Source: Stellaceae bacterium (GTDB taxonomy: Bacteria > Pseudomonadota > Alphaproteobacteria > ATCC43930 > CGMCC-115725). From it: a DNA stretch of 24,000 nucleotides. This document shows positions 18,627 to 24,000 of the stretch, in pieces (within the stretch, counting starts at the first letter, position 1; each line of letters begins with the position of its first letter). A model generated the notes under the pieces. The model made no database searches, was not told where the DNA came from, and worked only from the letters and a program-made list of their open reading frames with translations. The position numbers and the translations under genes are program-made. The DNA lies in assembly GCA_036268425.1 (NCBI GenBank), contig DATAUE010000108.1, positions 31,256 to 55,255 on the forward strand. Direction: 5' to 3'.

Positions 18627-21392
18627 ATGGCAAACGATGTCCTGACGCAACCAGCCTTCGACCGCAACGCCGTCGATGCGCCAGCGAATCGGAAATCGGC
18701 GCCTCGATGGCTCGATCTGCCGCGGCAGCCGCTTGACCGCAATGGGCCAACCGCGCGGCCCTACAAGCCGTTCGACCGAAATTGGATCGAACAGCCGATC
18801 TTTTACGGCTTTTGCGAAGTTGCGGCGGCGGCGCCCGACCACATCGCCGTCGATGACGGCAGCCGGCAACTGACCTATCGGCAGCTGCGCGACGGCGCCG
18901 GCCGGCTGGCGCAGGCCCTGGGGACAGCGTGTCCGGCGGCGCGCCCGATTGGCGTCCTGCTGCCGAACGACGCCAACTACCCGATCGCCGTACTTGCCTG
19001 CCTCGCCGCCGGCCGGCCCTGCGTGCTGCTCGACAGCAATTATCCGCCGGCGCGCAACGCGGCGATCATCGCCGATGCCGGACTCGGCGCCCTGATTGTC
19101 GCCGACGCCGATAAGCCGGCGGTGCCGGCAGGTGTCGCTGTGGTGCCGATCGCCGCCGCTTTCGACCAAGGCCGCGCTGCGGAAGCACTGCCCGGTATCA
19201 GTTGGGCCCCGGATGCGCCGGCCCTGATCGTCTACACCTCGGGCAGCACGGGGCAACCCAAGGGCATTGCGCTGGCGCAGCGCACTTTCATCCACCGCAC
19301 CGGGCAGTTGATCGACGCGCTGCATCTGAACTGCGACGACCGGATGATGCCGCTCGGCTCGCCGTGTACCGTCGCCGGCCTGTTGCAGATGTTCGAGGCG
19401 TTGCTGGCCGGTGCGATTCTGATCAAGCTGGATTTGCAACGCAGCGGCATCGGGACCGTGCTCGACACGATTGCGCGTACCGGCGCAACGACCCTGCTCG
19501 CGACGCCGGCCCTGCTGCGCAGCCTGTGCCGGCTCGAGGGCGCGGCGGAAAAACTTGCCAGCCTGCGCTGCGTTCATGCCGCGGGCGATGTGCTGCTCAA
19601 TGTCGATGTCGAGGCGATGCGCCGGCACCTGTCACCGGATTGCCTGTTTCTGGTGACCTACGGCGCGACCGAAGCGCCGGCGATGTGCCATTGGTTTGTC
19701 GTGCCCGAGGCGGCCGATGGTGCGCGCGTCGCGGTCGGCTACCCGCTGCCCGACTACCGCTATGCGATGCTCGACGAGGCCGGCGAGCCGGTCGGCCTCG
19801 ACGAACCTGGAGAACTCAGCATCTCCAGCCGCTACACGGCGGTCGGCGAATGGCAGGGCGGATGCCTCGTTCCCGGTCGCTTCACCATCGACCCCGATGA
19901 TCCCACGGCGCGCATCCTCAACACCGGCGACCTCGTGCGGCGTCGCGCCGACGGCCTGATGACCGTGCTCGGCCGCAAGGACCGCCTCGTTAAAATCCGC
20001 GGCATGCGGGTCGAGCCTTACGAGATCGAATGCGCGTTGCGGCGCTCGCCGGATGTCGCCGACGCCACGATCGTCGTCCGGCAGAACGGCGAAAACGCCG
20101 CGCTGATTGCCTTTGTCGTGCTGCAGCCGGACGCGGCCATCGGCTCGATCGATGAGTTGCGCGCCGATCTGCGCCGCTCGCTGCCGGCCTACATGCAGCC
20201 GGCGCGCCTCCATCCGGTCGAGACGCTGCCGCTGCTGCCGGGGCACAAGATCGATGCCGCGGCACTCCTCGCGATCGATGACAAGCGCCTCGCCGCCGCC
20301 GCGCAGGCAACAGTGATCGCGGCACCGGCGAGCGGTCTGCTTGGCGACATCGCGGCCTGCTGGGAGCAGGCGCTCGACCGCGCCTCATTCGAGGCCAATG
20401 CCCCGTTCGACGAGGCCGGCGGTGATTCGTTGAGCCTCTTGATGTTTGTCTGCGAACTGGAAAAGCGTTGCGGCATTCCGTTGCCGCTGGTCGATTTCGA
20501 CCTGGCGATGCGGCCGGGCGACATGGCGCGGGTGATCGGCGAGATCGACGCCAGTGCCGCGGCCGCGGCACCGCCCATCACATCCTCGGCCCTCGTGCTA
20601 TTGAAGCCCGGCGCCAAAGGCCCGCCGGTGTTTCTGACTCACGGGCTCGGCGGTCACGTCGGCGAACTTGCCGAACTGGCGCGCCACCTAGAATGCGATC
20701 ATCCGGTCTATGCGCTGCAACTTCCGGGGCTGGCAGCCGACGATCCCGCGCTCGACCGGATCGAGGCGATGGCCGATCTGTTTATCGAGCCAATCCTGCG
20801 CGCCGAACCCGACGGCAACTATCTGCTTGTCGGCTACAGCCTCGGCGGGCTGATCGCGTTCGAGCTGGCGCGCCGGCTCCAGGCGCGCGGCAAGGAGACG
20901 CGCCTCCTGCTGCTCGACAGCCACCCGCACCCGCGCTACTGGCCGGTGGACGCCTGGATCGGCTATCTCGCGGCGCGCATCCGAGCGCAATGCCGGGCGC
21001 TGACGCGACGCGGCGCCGGCGATCTGCCGGGTTACGCAAATCATCTGATGCACAGTTTCGTCGATCACCTGCGGGTGCGCCGCGGGCTGCGGCCGGTCTC
21101 ACGGATTCCGACCTGGCTGACGCCGTCCGCGACGTTGCAGCGCCTGCGCTCCGGCATGATCGCGGCGAAAGCGAGCTACAGCCCGCCGCCTTATCCCGGC
21201 CGGATTGCCTTTGTGCAGCCCGAAACAAGACAGATCGGTACGCCCGAAAACCCGATCGGCGCATGGCGTGGCCGGGTCACCGGCCTCGACGTGGCACAGG
21301 TTCCGGGCGATCATCTGTCGATGATCATGGTCCACGCCGGCGTCACCGCCCAACGCCTCGACGGTTGGATCAACGGCGACCGAATCGAATAA
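18627..21392 (+). CDS. NRPS-like tridomain enzyme: adenylation - carrier protein - thioesterase (A-T-TE), no condensation domain
   Basis: 921 aa. A-domain cores: LAAGRPCVLLD, YTSGSTGQPKG, YGATE, GELSISS, NTGDL, GRKDRLVKIRGMRVEPYEIE, LPGHKID. Carrier motif DEAGGDSL (Ser601, nt 20427-20429). Thioesterase: HGLGGH, GYSLGG (Ser738, nt 20838-20840), GDHLSM. ATG is preceded by AGGGG. Confidence 0.9.
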   Translation: MANDVLTQPAFDRNAVDAPANRKSAPRWLDLPRQPLDRNGPTARPYKPFDRNWIEQPIFYGFCEVAAAAPDHIAVDDGSRQLTYRQLRDGAGRLAQALGTACPAARPIGVLLPNDANYPIAVLACLAAGRPCVLLDSNYPPARNAAIIADAGLGALIVADADKPAVPAGVAVVPIAAAFDQGRAAEALPGISWAPDAPALIVYTSGSTGQPKGIALAQRTFIHRTGQLIDALHLNCDDRMMPLGSPCTVAGLLQMFEALLAGAILIKLDLQRSGIGTVLDTIARTGATTLLATPALLRSLCRLEGAAEKLASLRCVHAAGDVLLNVDVEAMRRHLSPDCLFLVTYGATEAPAMCHWFVVPEAADGARVAVGYPLPDYRYAMLDEAGEPVGLDEPGELSISSRYTAVGEWQGGCLVPGRFTIDPDDPTARILNTGDLVRRRADGLMTVLGRKDRLVKIRGMRVEPYEIECALRRSPDVADATIVVRQNGENAALIAFVVLQPDAAIGSIDELRADLRRSLPAYMQPARLHPVETLPLLPGHKIDAAALLAIDDKRLAAAAQATVIAAPASGLLGDIAACWEQALDRASFEANAPFDEAGGDSLSLLMFVCELEKRCGIPLPLVDFDLAMRPGDMARVIGEIDASAAAAAPPITSSALVLLKPGAKGPPVFLTHGLGGHVGELAELARHLECDHPVYALQLPGLAADDPALDRIEAMADLFIEPILRAEPDGNYLLVGYSLGGLIAFELARRLQARGKETRLLLLDSHPHPRYWPVDAWIGYLAARIRAQCRALTRRGAGDLPGYANHLMHSFVDHLRVRRGLRPVSRIPTWLTPSATLQRLRSGMIAAKASYSPPPYPGRIAFVQPETRQIGTPENPIGAWRGRVTGLDVAQVPGDHLSMIMVHAGVTAQRLDGWINGDRIE

Positions 21393-21429
21393 GGCGATCG
21401 TCGAGCGCAAAAAGGGTCGAAGGCAGACG

Positions 21430-22140
21430 ATGACGGAACTGGTATTTCGCGACGATAGCTACGTCCGCTCGTGCACGGCGCATGTCGTCGCAGTCGACGA
21501 ACGCGGTATTCGCCTCGACCGCACCGTGTTCTACCCGACCGGCGGCGGCCAGCCCGGCGATAGCGGTCTACTGCGCCTCGCCTCCGGGGCGACCGTCGCG
21601 ATCGCCGAGGCCATCAAAGGCGACACGCTCGACGAAGTCATCCATGTGCCGGCGCCGGCCAGTGCGCTGCCGCAATCGGGCGCCGAGGTAACCGCGGAAA
21701 TCGATTGGGAGCGGCGGCACCGACTGATGCGGATGCATACCTGCCTGCATCTGCTGTGCGCGGTGGTGCCAGGATCGGTGACCGGCGGTCAGGTCTCGGA
21801 CGGGCGCGGCCGGCTCGATTTCGACGTTCCGGGGTCGAGCCTCGACAAGGAGGCAATCACCGCCCGGCTCAACGAACTGATCGCCGCAGGCCACCCCGCC
21901 GAGCCGCGCTGGATCAGCGACGACGAACTGGCGGCGCACCCCGAACTGGTCCGCACGATGTCAGTCAAACCGCCGGTCGGCTCCGGGCGAGTGCGGTTGA
22001 TGGAGATCACCGGTGTCGATCTGCAGCCGTGTGGCGGCACGCATATCCGCAACACCGCTGAGATCGGCCCGGTGACGATTACCAAGATCGAAAACAAGGG
22101 GCGGCAGAACCGCCGCATCATCGTCACTTTCGCCGGCTAG
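21430..22140 (+). CDS. alaX: AlaX-type alanyl-tRNA editing protein (free-standing AlaRS editing/SAD domain)
   Basis: 236 aa. VFYPTGGGQPGD, Zn-binding HTCLH (HxxxH) and CGGTH motifs, and the size of AlaX-M proteins. Starts 37 nt after the A-T-TE stop on the same strand. Confidence 0.85.
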   Translation: MTELVFRDDSYVRSCTAHVVAVDERGIRLDRTVFYPTGGGQPGDSGLLRLASGATVAIAEAIKGDTLDEVIHVPAPASALPQSGAEVTAEIDWERRHRLMRMHTCLHLLCAVVPGSVTGGQVSDGRGRLDFDVPGSSLDKEAITARLNELIAAGHPAEPRWISDDELAAHPELVRTMSVKPPVGSGRVRLMEITGVDLQPCGGTHIRNTAEIGPVTITKIENKGRQNRRIIVTFAG

Positions 22141-22336
22141 AACCAAAACCATGTCATCCCGGCCTGCGTATTATGCCCCGGGGGCTCCTGCCAATTTCCT
22201 GGGTCAGAACACCTGCGCCGGGATAACGCTAATCATTTCTGCCGTCTTATTTCCGTTGCCCGGTCAATAGGCCGGCGCCGGATGCAGGGTCATTGACCAT
22301 CAGGGCACCGGTCGCGGCTCATCCGGCGATCATGCC

Positions 22337-22792
22337 TCAGTACGAGGGCGGCTGTTCTTCGCCGGGCGGCTGAGGCTGAGGCTGCTGTTGAGGCTGGGTG
22401 GTCTGGAACTGTGCTTCCTCGCCGTCCTGGCCGTCGCCGTCGCCACCGGCGGCCATCTCCAGATCGGCCGGGGTGGTTGGCCGCGGCGGCTGTCCCTGGC
22501 CTTCGCCGGCGGCATTCATCACGCGAAAATAATGCTCGGCGTGCTGATAGAGGTTTTCCGCCGCAACCCGGTCTCCGGAGGCCTGCGCCTCACGCGCCAA
22601 TGCGACATAGCGCTCAAATACCTGATAAGCGTTACCGCGGATTTTTACACTGGGTCCATTGCTGTCGAACGTCTGGACCCGATGCGGCATGCGGGGCCGG
22701 TTATGATGCGGACCTCCGCCTCCGCCTCCGCCGCCTCCCCCACCGCCGCCGCCATTGCGGCCGCGTGATCGCTTGTTCTGTCCTGGCCTCAT
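22337..22792 (-). CDS. DUF4167 domain-containing protein
   Basis: 151 aa. Core FDSNGPSVKIRGNAYQVFERYVALAREAQASGDRVAAENLYQHAEHYFR matches my memory of the alphaproteobacterial DUF4167 signature. N-terminal RGRN plus a 14-Gly run, and an acidic Gln/Pro-rich C-terminal tail. Confidence 0.8.
   Translation of the reverse strand: MRPGQNKRSRGRNGGGGGGGGGGGGGGPHHNRPRMPHRVQTFDSNGPSVKIRGNAYQVFERYVALAREAQASGDRVAAENLYQHAEHYFRVMNAAGEGQGQPPRPTTPADLEMAAGGDGDGQDGEEAQFQTTQPQQQPQPQPPGEEQPPSY
22712..22753 (-). repeat. 14 consecutive glycine codons (GGN)14 in the DUF4167 gene
   Basis: Counted codon by codon from the Asn codon at 22754-22756 down to the Pro codon at 22709-22711. The plus strand reads acc tcc gcc tcc gcc tcc gcc gcc tcc ccc acc gcc gcc gcc. 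Confidence 0.95.
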
Positions 22793-22983
22793 GACACCTG
22801 TCTGGATAGCGGGTGAATACTGGCGGACACTGGGCCCTATCGGGATACCCTCAGGCCTGCGCCTTGGCGCGGCCGGTCAAACTGCGCGTCGTCTCGATTG
22901 GCGCAAATCCCGAACACGGTGAGCGTAGACGCCGCGACGATGCATTCCAACCCTTTTTTGGCTAACTTTTTTTGCCGGCTCCG

Positions 22984-23442
22984 CTACGCCAGCTTGAACC
23001 CCTGGCGCGCCAGCAGCTTCCAGCCACCCGCCTGCTTCTGCCAGACCTGCAACGCGCCGAGCTTGATGCTGCTGGCCTTGCCGTCCAGTTCGCTGTCGGA
23101 AACGTAGAGATGGCGTGCGACGCCGGCATCGCCGGTGACTGCAACCTTCAGGTCGGGAAAGGTCAGCGTCTTGACCTTGGCCTTGCGATTGACGACGCCG
23201 TCGATGAACTCGGCCTTGGTCTGCACCCGGCCGTCCGAATGGCCATAGCTGAGCTGTTCGGCGGTCAGCGCCGCCAGCTTGGCCTTGTCAGCGCCGAGAA
23301 TCGCGGCGCGTAACTCTTCGATTGCCTTGTCGAGCGCGGGATCCGCGCCATCCGCCGCCTGTGCCGGTGAAGTCCGCAACAAGCCGGAAGCACCCAGCGC
23401 CATGGCGCCGGCAATAGCCAACTGACGACGGTCCATCTTCAT
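22984..23442 (-). CDS. exported DUF4440/SnoaL-like (NTF2-fold) protein with Tat-type signal
   Basis: 152 aa. ATG is preceded by GGGAGGA at a 5-nt spacing. MKMDRRQLAIAGAMALGASGLL...AQA|AD looks like a twin-arginine signal with an AxA cleavage site. The mature part (LSYGHSDGRVQTKAEFI...VWQKQAGGWKLLARQ) resembles DUF4440/NTF2-like domains. Confidence 0.65.
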   Translation of the reverse strand: MKMDRRQLAIAGAMALGASGLLRTSPAQAADGADPALDKAIEELRAAILGADKAKLAALTAEQLSYGHSDGRVQTKAEFIDGVVNRKAKVKTLTFPDLKVAVTGDAGVARHLYVSDSELDGKASSIKLGALQVWQKQAGGWKLLARQGFKLA

Positions 23443-23622
23443 AATGTTCCTCCCGGTTTAGCTCGGCCGACCGGTTTGGCCGGGCGGTCGCCCGCGATCT
23501 AAGCGCAACCAGGCGCCACCCGCAATGGCGGTGCCGGAAGACGGCCAACTGAAAACCTGTCACGGTTGCGGCTGCCGGCTTTACCTTCGATGTATACGGT
23601 GCCGGTATCTGCTGGAGACCCG

Positions 23623-24000
23623 ATGGAATCGATCTCGCTCAACGACCGTCGCTACAGCCTGCCGATCCGGCCGACCGTCGTGATCTGCGCCGATGGCTGC
23701 GACCCGACCTACCTCGATGCCGGAATCGCCAAAGGGGTGTTGCCCACAATCGCCCATTGCCGGGAGGCGGGCTTCTACGCGCTGGCCGATGCCGCGATGC
23801 CGACCTTCACCAACCCCAACAACGTCTCGATCGTCACCGGCGCACCGCCGTCGTTGCACGGCATCTCGGGCAATTTCGCGCTCGACCGCACCACCGGCGC
23901 CGAAGTGATGATGACCGACCCGGTGATGCTGCGCAGCGAGACGATCCTCGGACTGATGTCGCAGGCCGGGGTCGCGGTGGCGGCGATCACCGCCAAGGAC
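23623..24000 (+). CDS. phnA: phosphonoacetate hydrolase, N-terminal part; 3' end runs off the right edge
   Basis: Frame open to the window edge, so it is not in the ORF track. Translation from ATG 23623 (GGAGA at 23614-23618) reads MESISLNDRRYSLPIRPTVVICADGCDPTYLDAGIAKGVLPTIAHCREAGFYALADAAMPTFTNPNNVSIVTGAPPSLHGISGNFALDRTTGAEVMMTD...AAITAKD. It closely follows the N-terminus I remember for phosphonoacetate hydrolase (alkaline-phosphatase superfamily: VICxDGC, PxFTNPNNxSIVTGAPPSxHGIxGNF, TAKDKL). Confidence 0.8.
   Translation, partial: MESISLNDRRYSLPIRPTVVICADGCDPTYLDAGIAKGVLPTIAHCREAGFYALADAAMPTFTNPNNVSIVTGAPPSLHGISGNFALDRTTGAEVMMTDPVMLRSETILGLMSQAGVAVAAITAKD

Noticed and set aside
18567-19628. 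353-aa minus-strand ORF overlapping the 5' third of the A-T-TE gene. Similar long antisense ORFs include 9768-11156 (462 aa, opposite ligA), 3489-4403, 4433-5137, 7454-8194, 8555-9283, 8919-9761, 11591-12316, 12374-13138, 20468-21433 and 1105-1809.
   Set aside because: All are Arg/Gly/Ala/Pro-rich with no recognisable motifs. They lie antisense or out of frame to genes with unambiguous family signatures. They are the expected stop-codon-poor shadow frames of high-GC DNA.
22151-22270. 39-codon plus-strand ORF (MSSRPAYYAPGAPANFLGQNTCAGITLIISAVLFPLPGQ) with a hydrophobic tail, in the alaX/DUF4167 convergent spacer.
   Set aside because: It has no SD. Its third-position GC is about 58%, which looks low for coding sequence here. 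It is too short to support without homology evidence.

Overview
High-GC (roughly 65%) chromosomal window with alphaproteobacterial-type gene content. It is almost entirely housekeeping. I see no IS elements, integrases, phage genes, tRNA/rRNA genes or CRISPR arrays. From about 1.2 kb to 18.4 kb every supported gene is on the minus strand, mostly with small gaps or 4-nt start/stop overlaps. In transcription order these are: lpxC, bamD, a three-gene module (secreted NEW3/Ig-repeat protein, ABC ATPase, ABC-2 permease), recN, ligA, two tandem TonB-family paralogs, bioB-bioA-bioF-bioD, and a secreted PAP2 phosphatase. Plus-strand genes are a DIPP-like Nudix hydrolase, a stand-alone A-T-TE NRPS-like enzyme followed by an AlaX-type editing protein, and the 5' part of phosphonoacetate hydrolase phnA. 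The left edge carries the 5' part of a crotonase-family gene. A DUF4167 protein and a Tat-signal DUF4440 protein lie near the right end. Most other ORFs in the six-frame track are Arg/Gly/Ala/Pro-rich antisense shadows of these genes. I found no clear-cut novel system. The best candidates for follow-up are: (1) the orphan A-T-TE enzyme, which appears to lack the amino-group-binding Asp, together with its AlaX neighbour, sitting where ftsZ would normally lie upstream of lpxC; (2) the uncharacterised NEW3/ABC module between bamD and recN; (3) the tandem TonB paralogs, which have a long conserved cytoplasmic extension and no exbBD; (4) perfect palindromes upstream of recN and of one TonB paralog that match no operator I know. 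All family calls rest on motifs read by eye. No database search was possible.
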